A DNA stretch of 64,000 bases, taken from Halorussus marinus (GTDB taxonomy: Archaea > Halobacteriota > Halobacteria > Halobacteriales > Haladaptataceae). Under the pieces are notes generated by a model. The model did no database searches. It was not told the DNA's origin and worked only from the letters and a program-made list of their open reading frames with translations. Within the stretch, counting starts at the first letter, position 1. Every line of letters begins with the position of its first letter. The position numbers and the translations under genes are program-made. The stretch is taken from positions 62,001-126,000 of the forward strand of contig NZ_SBIV01000005.1 in assembly GCF_004765795.1 (NCBI RefSeq). Direction: 5' to 3'. This document shows, in pieces, positions 1-9,039 of the stretch.

Positions 1-2
1 TG

Positions 3-491
3 TACCACGGTCGCTACCCCCACAGGGGGTTCTTCGAGTCGGTCACGGACGCCGACCGGGCGGCGGTCGAGCGCGCCATCGACCTCGCGGGCGTCGACCA
101 CCTCCGCGACCAGCAGGTGGGCTCGCTCAGCGGCGGCCAGAAGCAACTGGCGTGGATCGCGATGGTGCTGGCTCAGGACACCGAGGTGCTGTTTCTCGAC
201 GAACCGACGACGTTCCTCGACCTCCACCACCAGCTCAGGGTGTTAGAGACGGTCCGTCGGCTCAACGAGGAGGAGGGAGTCACGGTCGCGGTCGTCCTTC
301 ACGACCTCTCGCAGGCCGCTCGGTTCGCCGACTACCTCGTCGCGCTCGACGACGGCGGGGTGTACGACTGGGGGCCGCCCGAGGACGTGGTGACCGAGAA
401 ACTGCTCGCGGACGTGTTCGCGGTCGACGCCGCGGTCACCAAAGACTCGGGCGTGACCATCCTCCCGAAGCGGGCGCTCGACGACGAGTAG
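3..491 (+). CDS. Iron-siderophore/cobalamin-type ABC transporter ATP-binding protein (5'-truncated by window edge)
   Basis: Open frame from nt 3 (YHGRYPHRGFF...) containing the LSGGQKQLAWIAM signature, LFLDEPT Walker B and VLHDL H-loop, typical of FecE/FhuC ATPases. Confidence 0.93.
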   Translation, partial: YHGRYPHRGFFESVTDADRAAVERAIDLAGVDHLRDQQVGSLSGGQKQLAWIAMVLAQDTEVLFLDEPTTFLDLHHQLRVLETVRRLNEEEGVTVAVVLHDLSQAARFADYLVALDDGGVYDWGPPEDVVTEKLLADVFAVDAAVTKDSGVTILPKRALDDE

Positions 492-519
492 CGGTCGGGT
501 CGTTTGGATCGACGCATGT

Positions 520-535
520 TTTAGGCCGGCCTAAA
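520..535. promoter_or_regulatory. DtxR/IdeR-family (Idr/TroR/SirR-like) operator palindrome, copy 1
   Basis: Perfect palindrome TTTAGGCCGGCCTAAA upstream of an iron-binding lipoprotein gene; resembles TTAGG-N4-CCTAA DtxR-type boxes. Confidence 0.75.
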
Positions 536-552
536 CCGAAACCGCTTTCAAC

Positions 553-570
553 TTTTAGGCTGGCCTAAAA
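553..570. promoter_or_regulatory. DtxR/IdeR-family operator palindrome, copy 2
   Basis: TTTTAGGCTGGCCTAAAA ends 3 nt before the ATG at 574 and differs from copy 1 at one base of the 16-mer core. Confidence 0.75.
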
Positions 571-573
571 ATT

Positions 574-1776
574 ATGGCAGACGACAACGACGCCGAGAGC
601 CCGACGCGCCGCCGATTCCTGATCGCGGGCGGAACCGCCGCGACAGCCGCCATCGCGGGCTGTACCGGCGCGAGCGACTCCGGGGACCGGACGACCACGA
701 CCGAGACGACGGCGACGACCGAGGCCGCCACGACCCGACCGGAAACCGACGAGACGACCGACGAGGAGACGACCACCGAAGACTCCTCGTACACGGTCTC
801 GATGGCTCCGGTCGGCGACGTGACCTTCGAGTCGGTGCCCGAGACGTGGGTCGCGAACAACGGGAGCTGGGCCGACATGGGCGCGGCGCTCGGCGTCGAA
901 CCGCCGAAGGCGGTCTGGCTGACGAGCCGGTATCACACCCAGTACTACGACGCCATCGACGGCGTCTCGGTCGACAAGAGCGACATGGTCGACCTCTCGC
1001 AGGACGGGGTGAGCAAGGAGTTGTTCTACGACCTCGACGCCGACGTCCACGTCATCGACCCCAACTTCCTGATGAACCGGTTCGGCGGCTGGAAGCAGGC
1101 CGATATCGACGAGATCCGCGACCGGGTCGGTCCGTTCTTCGGCAACAGCATCTTCTCGCAGGGGTACGGCTGGCACGAGGACTACCGGTATTACGACCTC
1201 TACGAGGCGTTCGAGAAGCTCGCGCGGGCGTTCCAACGCACCGACCGCTACGAGGCGTTTAGCGCGCTCCACGAGGAGTTCCAGTCGTCGGTCTCCGAAA
1301 TCGTCCCGCCGGAGGGCGAGCGCCCCGCGGTCGCGATCGCCTGGGCGGGCGCCGACGAACCGGAGACGTTCCTGCCGTACGTCGTGAGCGAGGGGACAAG
1401 CTTCAAGCAGTGGCGCGACCTCGGGGTCCGGGACGCGCTCGCGGAGACCGACGTCGAGGACTTCCACGACAACCGCGGCGAGATCGACTACGAGACCCTG
1501 CTCGAAATCGACCCGGACGTGTTGCTCCTCCGGGGCCACGAGACCAAAACCGCCGCGGAGTTCCGGGACACGGTCGTCTCGTTCATGGCGGACCACGACG
1601 TCGCGAGCAGTCTGAGCGCGGTCCAGAACGGCGACGTCTACCGGGGCGGCCCGCTGTATCAGGGGCCGATCACGAACCTCGTCCTCACCGAGCGCGCCGC
1701 CCAACAGGTCTACGGCGTCGAGGCGGACCTGTTCGACCGCCAGCGCGTCGCCGACATCGTCGCCGGCGACGTCTGA
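574..1776 (+). CDS. Iron-siderophore ABC transporter substrate-binding lipoprotein (Tat)
   Basis: Tat motif TRRRFL, lipobox IAGC, Thr/Glu-rich linker, and periplasmic-binding-protein class III features (VSMAPVGDVTFESVPE, LSAVQNGDVY); sits next to the ATPase gene. Confidence 0.9.
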   Translation: MADDNDAESPTRRRFLIAGGTAATAAIAGCTGASDSGDRTTTTETTATTEAATTRPETDETTDEETTTEDSSYTVSMAPVGDVTFESVPETWVANNGSWADMGAALGVEPPKAVWLTSRYHTQYYDAIDGVSVDKSDMVDLSQDGVSKELFYDLDADVHVIDPNFLMNRFGGWKQADIDEIRDRVGPFFGNSIFSQGYGWHEDYRYYDLYEAFEKLARAFQRTDRYEAFSALHEEFQSSVSEIVPPEGERPAVAIAWAGADEPETFLPYVVSEGTSFKQWRDLGVRDALAETDVEDFHDNRGEIDYETLLEIDPDVLLLRGHETKTAAEFRDTVVSFMADHDVASSLSAVQNGDVYRGGPLYQGPITNLVLTERAAQQVYGVEADLFDRQRVADIVAGDV

Positions 1777-1821
1777 GTCGCCGCCGTAACGTTCAATTCT
1801 CGGCCCGTGGTATCGACGCCC

Positions 1822-1968
1822 ATGGCACAGTGCCCTCACTGCGAGTCCGACATCACCGACTGGGCCGAGCGACTGGAGAGCGGCGTGGCCGCGAGCTCGC
1901 CGAAGGTCTGGACCTGCCCGGACTGTGACTCGGTGCTCGGGATCTCCGACTGGGGGTCGAAGACGTAA
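1822..1968 (+). CDS. Small CPxC-type zinc-finger protein (48 aa; not in ORF track)
   Basis: ATG 1822 to TAA 1968 encodes MAQCPHCESDITDWAERLESGVAASSPKVWTCPDCDSVLGISDWGSKT; two CPxC motifs; fills the intergenic gap. Confidence 0.8.
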   Translation: MAQCPHCESDITDWAERLESGVAASSPKVWTCPDCDSVLGISDWGSKT

Positions 1969-1989
1969 CGTTAACGCAAACGCAAACGC

Positions 1990-3243
1990 TTACGCACGGT
2001 CGACGGTCCAGAACGCCAGCGCGGAGAGCGCGCCCGCCTCGTCGATCGCCCGCGCGCCGAACGGGAGACCGGGATCGGGGTCGTGGACCGCGCTCGCTCG
2101 CGCGGCGGGCCCGTCGACCGGCGAGACCGCCGCCACCGAGTCGCCCTGACTGATCCACCAGACGACCCGGTCGAGCGCGCCGTCGGGATCGGTCGCCCTG
2201 ACCGCGAAGGTCCGCGGATCGACGGCGTCGCGAGCGGTGGTGATCGCGTCGGTCGCGGGGCGCACGCGCTCGACGGTCGGCGCTCGGTTCCCGTCGGGCG
2301 AGACCTCGACCGTCCATCTCGCGGTGCCGATCGGTGAGTCGCCGTCGTCCGGACGCGCGTCCCCGTCGTAGAGGTCGGCCCGGACCCGGTGGGTGCCGGT
2401 CGACTCGAACGTCCGGGTGAAGGTGTGGCGACCGTCGGTGTTGAGGTGGGTGTAAAACGCGTCCGGTCCGTAGCGACGCCGGCCGTCGACGTACCACGCT
2501 CCGATCGGTCGGTCCCCGCGAAACCCCCGCGCGAGCGCCTGAAACACGACGGTCGTCCCGGGCGCCGCGGTGATCTCCGACCGAGGGCTGGCCCGGACGA
2601 CCTCGCGAGCGCCGCCGCCCGCGACCACCGCCTCGCCGTCGAGGCGCACCGACGCCGGGCCCGCGAGCCTGAACCGGGTCACGCCCCCCGCGAGCTCGAA
2701 CGCGTCGGCGCCCCGATCGGGGCCGACGTGGCCGGCGGCCCGATCGCCAGCCACGCGGTCGCCGTCGTCGAGCTGGCGCACCGACCGGCCGGCCTCGATC
2801 TCGTAGGCGGCGACGCCCCCGCCCTCGCTCTCGATTTCGAGCCGGCTCGTCCCGGCGTGAGCCGGGAAGTCCCGGGTGGCCGCCACTCCTTCGGGCGCGG
2901 GGTACGTCGCCGGGCGGAGCCGGTAACCGTCCCGGCGGACTCGCGCCGGGCCCGCCACCGACAGCCCGGTGATCTCGCCCGAGTAGGCGAACGCGTCGAC
3001 CCCGCGGTCGGGACCGACGTGGCCGTACGCGCGGCCCCCGGTGGCTCGATCGCCGCCGTCCTCCTGTCGGACCGATCCGCTCACCGTGAACTCGTAGGCG
3101 GCGACGCCGCCGCCCTCGCTCTCGATCCGGAGCCGGTTCGACTGGTCGGTCGTCGCCGCGATCGTTCCGACCGGCGCGACCGCGATCCCGGCCGCCGCCG
3201 CACTCCGACCCAAGAACGCGCGTCGTGTCTCTCGATTCCCCAT
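1990..3243 (-). CDS. Tat-exported hypothetical protein with two internal repeats and Ig/PKD-like C-terminus
   Basis: Start at ATG 3243 (MGNRETRRAFLGRSAAAAG: twin-Arg then hydrophobic stretch); duplicated unit RL(R/E)IESEGGGVAAYE...GHVGPDRG.DAF...L.GPA.VR.DG. Confidence 0.75.
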   Translation of the reverse strand: MGNRETRRAFLGRSAAAAGIAVAPVGTIAATTDQSNRLRIESEGGGVAAYEFTVSGSVRQEDGGDRATGGRAYGHVGPDRGVDAFAYSGEITGLSVAGPARVRRDGYRLRPATYPAPEGVAATRDFPAHAGTSRLEIESEGGGVAAYEIEAGRSVRQLDDGDRVAGDRAAGHVGPDRGADAFELAGGVTRFRLAGPASVRLDGEAVVAGGGAREVVRASPRSEITAAPGTTVVFQALARGFRGDRPIGAWYVDGRRRYGPDAFYTHLNTDGRHTFTRTFESTGTHRVRADLYDGDARPDDGDSPIGTARWTVEVSPDGNRAPTVERVRPATDAITTARDAVDPRTFAVRATDPDGALDRVVWWISQGDSVAAVSPVDGPAARASAVHDPDPGLPFGARAIDEAGALSALAFWTVDRA

Positions 3244-3344
3244 ACCGACGACTGGAACGCGCTCGGACAAAGGTATACGTCGCTTATCCGCCGCGCAACT
3301 CGGCTGAATCCGACTGAACCGAGTTACCGCCGACGTATCCCGAC

Positions 3345-4337
3345 TCACGCGGGCCGGGTCGCGAACTCGAACGACTCGGCGCGGGCCTCGTTGTACCGGT
3401 CGTCGTCGGGATCGAGGCTGTCGACGACCACCTCGCTCGCGTCGCCGTCGGCGTGGACGAAGCGGTCGCCGCCGAGGCCGAGCGCGACGTGACCCGGAAA
3501 AAAGAGGAGGTCGCCCGGCGCGAGCGCCTCGCGTTCGACGCGCTGGCCCACCCGGCGCTGGAGGTCGGCGTCCCGCGGGAGCGCCACCCCGTTCCGGCGG
3601 TACGCGATCCACGTCAGCCCCGAGCAGTCGATTCCCTCGACGGTCAGCCCGCCCCAGACGTACTCGGTGCCCAGATACGCTCGGGCGGTCTCGACCGCGG
3701 CCTCGCCGACCGACTCGGCCGGCGCGTCGGGGAGCGGTTCGAGCGCGTCCGCGGGGAGGTCGTTCTCGGCGCCGGTGCGAAATCGCACCCGGACGCGCTC
3801 GCCGCGGTCGAGCACCTCGCACTCGGTGCCACCGTACAGGGTTCCGGGGTCGGTCGCCACGTCGAGTCGGCCGGCCCCGACCGCGGCGTCGGCGTCGATC
3901 TCGGCCCCCACGCCGAGGTGGGCCCGCTCGATCCAGCCGACGTACCCGTCGGGGGACCGGACCCGCCGCCACTCGACCCCGTCGGCGTCGGTCTCGGAGT
4001 CGTAGGCGGTGATCGACGCGCCGTACAGCGCCTGTGTCACCTGCTCGGCGTCGCGGTCGGGGTCGGCGCGGACCGACACCACCGGCGCGGTGACGGTCCG
4101 GGCCGCGGCCTCGGCTTCGAGTACGGTCAGATCGGTCGCCGCGACCGGGCGGTCGGCGGTCGCGGCGACGGCCTCGATCGCGCGGGTCTTCAGGTGGTCT
4201 GTCAGCACGCTCCCCGAGAGGACGACCGCGTCCCGCCCGCGCTCGGCGGCGACGTCGAACGCCGTGAGCCGGGGGTCTGGCGCCCGGTGTATCTCACACC
4301 GCGTCAGCGCGCGGTCGAGTCGTCGGTCCGATTCCAT
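3345..4337 (-). CDS. NlpC/P60 (C40) peptidase with N-terminal BON-like and SH3b domains, YkfC/dipeptidyl-peptidase VI-like
   Basis: YLGTEYVWGG...IDCSG (catalytic Cys), PGDLLFFPGHVAL (His), FVHA (His); SH3b segment VRADPD...TQALYG...DGYVGWI; no signal peptide. Confidence 0.9.
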   Translation of the reverse strand: MESDRRLDRALTRCEIHRAPDPRLTAFDVAAERGRDAVVLSGSVLTDHLKTRAIEAVAATADRPVAATDLTVLEAEAAARTVTAPVVSVRADPDRDAEQVTQALYGASITAYDSETDADGVEWRRVRSPDGYVGWIERAHLGVGAEIDADAAVGAGRLDVATDPGTLYGGTECEVLDRGERVRVRFRTGAENDLPADALEPLPDAPAESVGEAAVETARAYLGTEYVWGGLTVEGIDCSGLTWIAYRRNGVALPRDADLQRRVGQRVEREALAPGDLLFFPGHVALGLGGDRFVHADGDASEVVVDSLDPDDDRYNEARAESFEFATRPA

Positions 4338-4417
4338 TGCTGGACCCAACTGCTCGGGCGGGGGTGTTAAGTTTTAGCACGTCGCCTCGGGCGCGTTTGC
4401 GTCTGCGCAAACGCGGT

Positions 4418-5485
4418 TCAGAACTCCGTCACGACCTCGATGCCGACGGTGCCGTAGTCGCTCATGGCCGCGAGGCGGTCCGGAACGTCGCCGAGCGACA
4501 CCTCCGCGGTCACCAGTTCGGCGGGCGAGACCGTCCCGCGATCCATCATCCGGAGGAGCTCGTCGTACCGGGTCGGGGGCATCCCGCGCGAGCCGAGGAA
4601 CGTGATCTCGCGCATCGTCATCGCGTCGGTCGGGAGCGAGACCGCCCCGCGCTCCTCGTCGGTGGTCAGCCCGAGTTGGAGATGGCGCCCGCGCTTGCGG
4701 AGACACGCGACCGAGTTGCGGCAGGTCTCGGCGACCCCGAGCGCGTCGACCGAGACGTGGGCGCCCCCGTCCGTGAGCCCGCGGATCGCCTCGGGAACGC
4801 CGCCGTCGGCTTCTTCGCGGGCGTTCACGGTCTCGTCGGCCCCGAGATCGGTCGCTTTCGCCAGTTTCTGGTCGTCGAGGTCGACCGCGATCACGTTCGC
4901 GCCGAGCGCGTCCGCGACGTGGACCGCCGAGAGGCCGACCCCGCCACAGCCGTGGACCGCGACCCAGTCGCCGGCCTCCACGTCGACCCGGTGGGCCAGC
5001 CCGTGGTAGGCGGTCGCGAACCGACAGCCGAGGCTCGCCATCTCGGCGGGCGAGACCCCCTCGGGGAGGTGGACCGCGTTGTAGTCGGCGTACGGGACGG
5101 CGACACGCTCGGCGAACGCCCCCGGCGCGTCGGCCTCGAACCCCAGCGCCAGCCCGTCCGAACAGACGTTGCCGTGGCCGTTCCGGCAGTGCGCACAGTC
5201 GCCGCGCCCGAGGTTGAACGGGACGGCGATCCGATCGCCCACGCCGATGCGCTCGACCCGATCGCCGACCGCGAGCACCGTACCGGCGGGCTCGTGGCCG
5301 AGGATCTGGCCGATCGGCACCCGATCGTCGGCCCACTCGCCGTGGCCCTGCCAGGCGTGCCAGTCGCTCCGACAGATCCCGCAGGCCTCGGTCTCGATCA
5401 CGACCCCGCGGGGGTCGGGCTCGGGGTCGGGTACCTCGCGGATGTCGAGCGGTTCGCCGTACGCGTCGAGGACTGCGGCCTCCAT
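4418..5485 (-). CDS. Zinc-dependent alcohol dehydrogenase (MDR family)
   Basis: CGICRSDWH, LGHE, CAHCRNGHGNVC zinc ligands and GCGGVG NAD-binding motif. Confidence 0.93.
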   Translation of the reverse strand: MEAAVLDAYGEPLDIREVPDPEPDPRGVVIETEACGICRSDWHAWQGHGEWADDRVPIGQILGHEPAGTVLAVGDRVERIGVGDRIAVPFNLGRGDCAHCRNGHGNVCSDGLALGFEADAPGAFAERVAVPYADYNAVHLPEGVSPAEMASLGCRFATAYHGLAHRVDVEAGDWVAVHGCGGVGLSAVHVADALGANVIAVDLDDQKLAKATDLGADETVNAREEADGGVPEAIRGLTDGGAHVSVDALGVAETCRNSVACLRKRGRHLQLGLTTDEERGAVSLPTDAMTMREITFLGSRGMPPTRYDELLRMMDRGTVSPAELVTAEVSLGDVPDRLAAMSDYGTVGIEVVTEF

Positions 5486-5557
5486 GGGCGGGCGTTGGAG
5501 GACCGAGCGGTTAAATCGGCGGGTCGCGGCGATCCGCGAGTCGCGGGGCCGGCGGGT

Positions 5558-6790
5558 TCACTCGTCGAGGATGTTCTCGGCGAGCGCCGGGACGAAGGTG
5601 CCCACGTCGGTCACCATCCCGATGGCCTGTGCGCTCCCGCGGTCCAGCAGTTGGGTGACCGTCGCGGGGTTGATGTCGACGCAGACGACCCGGGTGGTCG
5701 ACGGCAGGCAGTTGCCGACCGCGACCGAGTGCAGCAGCGTCGACAGCATCAACACCATGTCGGCCTCGTGGGCCTGCTCGCGGATCGCGTTCTGGGCCTC
5801 GACCGCGTCGGTGATGGTGTCCGGAAGCGGGCCGTCGTCGCGGATCGATCCCGCCAGCACGTAGGGCACGTCGTTGTCGACGCACTCGTACATCACGCCG
5901 TCCTCGACGATGCCCTCTTGGACCGCCGGCTCGATCCCGCCCGCCCGGATGATCTCGCTGATCGTGTAGATGTGGTGTTTGTGGCCCTTCCGCGGGCTCT
6001 CGAGGGTCTCGACGTCCATCCCGAGCGAGGTGCCGTACTGACCCCGTTCGAGGTCGTGGACCGCGAAGCCGTTTCCGGCCGACAGCGCGTCGACGTACCC
6101 CTCCCGGACCAGCCGCGCGAGCGCGTCGCCCGCCCCGGAGTGGATGAGCGCGGGCCCGACGACCGCGAGCACCGACCCGCCCTCGGCTTTCGTCTCCTCG
6201 AGTGCCTCCGCGACCTCCCGGATCAGCGACCCGGAGGGCCGCTCGGCCGACACCCCGCCCTGCATGAAGCCGAACGGGCCGCCAGACCCCCGGGGTCGCT
6301 CGGGCGGGTCGACCCGGACGCCGGCCTCGTCGGTGGCGACGAGGTCGCCCTCCTCGATGGCGTTGAGGACTTTGGTGTACGCCCGCGGGCCGCCGTCGGC
6401 GTCGGGATCGACCACGACCGCACAGTCCATCTCGATGTTCTCGACGTCGAGCCACTCGCCCTCGTAGCGAACCTGCGTGGGGTGGTTCGTCGTCGAGTAA
6501 AAGCCGTGCGGGACGACCCGGTCGGCCGGGGCCGGCTCTAAAGTCGCGTCCGGGGGCTCGGCGAGGTGGGCGCCGTGCTGGTGGAGTTCGTGGAGGATCT
6601 CCCGAAGGGTCTGCTCGTCGTCGGCTTTCACCGTCATCCGACAGAACGACTCGGCCTCCTTGTGCTTGCCCACGTCGAACACCTCGACGTCGAAGTCGCC
6701 CCCGAGGTCCATCACCGCGCCGAAGCACTGTTGCATCGTCCCCGAGTCGATGATGTGGCCTTCGAGTTCGACCGTTCGAGCTACCGTCAT
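5558..6790 (-). CDS. TIGR00300 family protein (LOR/SDH conserved region; ArgZ/AgrE C-terminal ornithine cyclodeaminase-like)
   Basis: VELEGHIIDSG, FYSTTNHPT, EMDC, AGNGFAVHD, LAGSIRDDGPLPD, LHSVAVGN, VCVDINP, DRGSAQA; start taken at ATG 6790. Confidence 0.88.
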   Translation of the reverse strand: MTVARTVELEGHIIDSGTMQQCFGAVMDLGGDFDVEVFDVGKHKEAESFCRMTVKADDEQTLREILHELHQHGAHLAEPPDATLEPAPADRVVPHGFYSTTNHPTQVRYEGEWLDVENIEMDCAVVVDPDADGGPRAYTKVLNAIEEGDLVATDEAGVRVDPPERPRGSGGPFGFMQGGVSAERPSGSLIREVAEALEETKAEGGSVLAVVGPALIHSGAGDALARLVREGYVDALSAGNGFAVHDLERGQYGTSLGMDVETLESPRKGHKHHIYTISEIIRAGGIEPAVQEGIVEDGVMYECVDNDVPYVLAGSIRDDGPLPDTITDAVEAQNAIREQAHEADMVLMLSTLLHSVAVGNCLPSTTRVVCVDINPATVTQLLDRGSAQAIGMVTDVGTFVPALAENILDE

Positions 6791-6893
6791 ACGCCGGACA
6801 ACGGAACCGGCTCTCTTTAGCGTTCGCACGCCGACGGGCGACCCCGACCGACGGTCGGTGGTCGGCCGGCGCGACCGGAGCCGACGGCCGGGG

Positions 6894-7559
6894 TTACGGC
6901 CCGTCGACGTACGTCGAGACCAGCTTCGATTCGACCCGCTGGAGGTGTTCGCTCACCGTCGCGGGCGAGAGATCGAGGTCGGCCGCGAGCTCGCGGTGGG
7001 TCGTCTCCCGGGGCACCTCGTAGTACCCCTCGGCGACAGCGAGCTCGAACAGTTCGAGCTGTCGGTCGGTCAGGACCGACGACAGCCGGCCGGTACCGGG
7101 GTCGTACTCGCCCGTGCGCTCGAGGTCGAGTCGGAACCCCTCGGGGAGGTCGGCGGCCGCCCGCTGGATCGCCCGGCTGGTCCCGATGACGGTGAGCTCG
7201 AACCCCCGACCGCTCGGCGGGTCGATCACCGACAGCGGCCAGTCGACGACGATCTCGTGCTCGTGGAGGATCGAGAGCAACTCCCCGGCGACCGCCGCGG
7301 TCCGACACTGGACGTACGCCACGCCCCGCTCGCCGTCGCCGGCCACGTCGTACGCGATGGCGTCCTCGTCGTCGGCGAGCAGTCGCCGCGCCTCCTCGAG
7401 ATCGCCTCGGAGCTCCAGCAGTTCGGCGTACGCCTCGTCGCGGATCGGGCTCACGTACCGGATCGCCTCGACCGACATCGCGTCGGACGATGCGAACGCG
7501 TCGTCGAGCGGGAGGACCGACAGGTCGGTCCACGTCAGCGTCACGGTCGCGTAGCGCAT
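6894..7559 (-). CDS. Bat-type (HTH_10) transcriptional regulator
   Basis: C-terminal LTDRQLELFELAVAEGYYEVPRETTHRELAADLDLSPATVSEHLQRVE; divergent from the P450 gene. Confidence 0.9.
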   Translation of the reverse strand: MRYATVTLTWTDLSVLPLDDAFASSDAMSVEAIRYVSPIRDEAYAELLELRGDLEEARRLLADDEDAIAYDVAGDGERGVAYVQCRTAAVAGELLSILHEHEIVVDWPLSVIDPPSGRGFELTVIGTSRAIQRAAADLPEGFRLDLERTGEYDPGTGRLSSVLTDRQLELFELAVAEGYYEVPRETTHRELAADLDLSPATVSEHLQRVESKLVSTYVDGP

Positions 7560-7646
7560 CGCGGGACGATACGGCCCCGCCCCGTAAAAAGACACCTAGG
7601 ATGCTCGGATACACACGTAGGTGTCTCCGGCCGGTATTCGAGACCA

Positions 7647-9008
7647 ATGAGCGACGACACGACTCGCGCCCCCGGCGAGACGCCGCCCGGCCCCGACGGC
7701 CTCCCGCTGGTCGGCAACCAACTGGCCTACGTCCGGGACCCGTACGACTTCATGACCCGTACCGCCAGAGAGTACGGCGACATCGCCCACTGGGAAGACC
7801 CCGGCGGCCCGGTCTACCAGCTCAACCACCCCGAGTACATCGAGCGCGTCCTGGTCCAGAACAATCAGAACTACGTCAAAGGCGAGCAGTTCCAGCGGAC
7901 GCTCGGGCCCGTGACCGGCAACGGCATCCTGAACAGCGAGGGGGAGGTCTGGCGGCGCAACCGCCACCGGATCCAGCCCGCGTTCCACCCCGACCGGATC
8001 CGGAACTACGCGGAGATGATGACCGACGAAACCGAGGCGCTGTTGGGCGACTGGGCCGACGGCGAGACCCGCCCGGTCCACGAGGACATGATGTCGGTCA
8101 CGCTCCGGATCGTCGCCCGCGCGCTGTTCGGCGTCGACATCGACGAGCACGTCGACACCATCGGATCGGCGCTCGAGGAGTTCATGGTCGCGACCGAGAG
8201 CCTCTCGAACGTCGTGTTGCCCCCGGGCGTGCCGACGCCGTCGCGTCGCCGGATTCGACGCGCGCGCGAGCGCCTCGACCGCGTGGTCACCGAGATGATC
8301 GCCAAGCGCCGCGAGGACCCCGGCGAGGACGACGTCATCTCGATGCTGCTGTCGGCGACCGGCGACGACGGGACCGCGATGTCCGACGACCAGATCCGCG
8401 ACGAGGTGACGACGCTACTGTTGGCCGGCCACGAGACGACCGCGCTCTCGCTGACGCTCACGATGTACGCCCTGTCCCAGCACCCCGAGGTAGAGCGCCA
8501 GTTGGTCGCGGAGCTCGACTCGGTGCTCGACGGCCGGACGCCGACGATGGCCGACCTGTCGGAGCTGACCTACACCGAGCGGGTCGTCAAGGAGTCGATG
8601 CGTCTCTACCCGCCGGTGCCGGGCATCGTTCGCGAGCCGGTCAAGCCCGACGTGATCGGCGGCTACGAGATTCCGACGGGCGCGACCGTTCGGATGCACC
8701 AGTGGGTCGTCCACCGCGACCCACGGTGGTACGACGATCCGCTCGCGTTCGACCCCGACCGGTGGACCGACGGCTTCGAGGAGTCGCTCCCGAAACTTGC
8801 GTACTTCCCGTTCGCGGCCGGCCCGCGACGGTGTATCGGCGATCGGTTCGCGCTCCTGGAGGCCCGACTCCTGCTCGCGACCGTCTACCAGCGGTATCAC
8901 CTCGAACTCGTCCCCGGGACCGACCTCGACCTGATGGCGACGGTCACCGCCCGGCCGAAACACGAGATCCCGATGACCGTCCACCGCCGCGAGGCGACCG
9001 ACCAGTAA
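7647..9008 (+). CDS. Cytochrome P450
   Basis: PPGPDGLP N-terminus, I-helix AGHETT, ExxR (ESMR), heme motif FAAGPRRCIG; start at ATG 7647. Confidence 0.97.
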   Translation: MSDDTTRAPGETPPGPDGLPLVGNQLAYVRDPYDFMTRTAREYGDIAHWEDPGGPVYQLNHPEYIERVLVQNNQNYVKGEQFQRTLGPVTGNGILNSEGEVWRRNRHRIQPAFHPDRIRNYAEMMTDETEALLGDWADGETRPVHEDMMSVTLRIVARALFGVDIDEHVDTIGSALEEFMVATESLSNVVLPPGVPTPSRRRIRRARERLDRVVTEMIAKRREDPGEDDVISMLLSATGDDGTAMSDDQIRDEVTTLLLAGHETTALSLTLTMYALSQHPEVERQLVAELDSVLDGRTPTMADLSELTYTERVVKESMRLYPPVPGIVREPVKPDVIGGYEIPTGATVRMHQWVVHRDPRWYDDPLAFDPDRWTDGFEESLPKLAYFPFAAGPRRCIGDRFALLEARLLLATVYQRYHLELVPGTDLDLMATVTARPKHEIPMTVHRREATDQ

Positions 9009-9039
9009 CCCACATCTCCGTCGAGCCCCTTCGACCCGT

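Noticed and set aside
1965..1995. Short (A/T)AACGC-like tandem repeat between convergent genes
   Set aside because: Only 3-4 imperfect copies; most likely a terminator-region T-tract on the minus strand.
3244..3972. N-terminal extension of the 660-aa ORF 1990-3972
   Set aside because: It overlaps the NlpC/P60 gene in another frame; the Tat signal marks the real start at 3243.
6660..7646. Apparent 329-aa N-terminal extension of the P450 in the ORF track
   Set aside because: It overlaps the HTH regulator on the opposite strand; the P450 begins naturally at ATG 7647.
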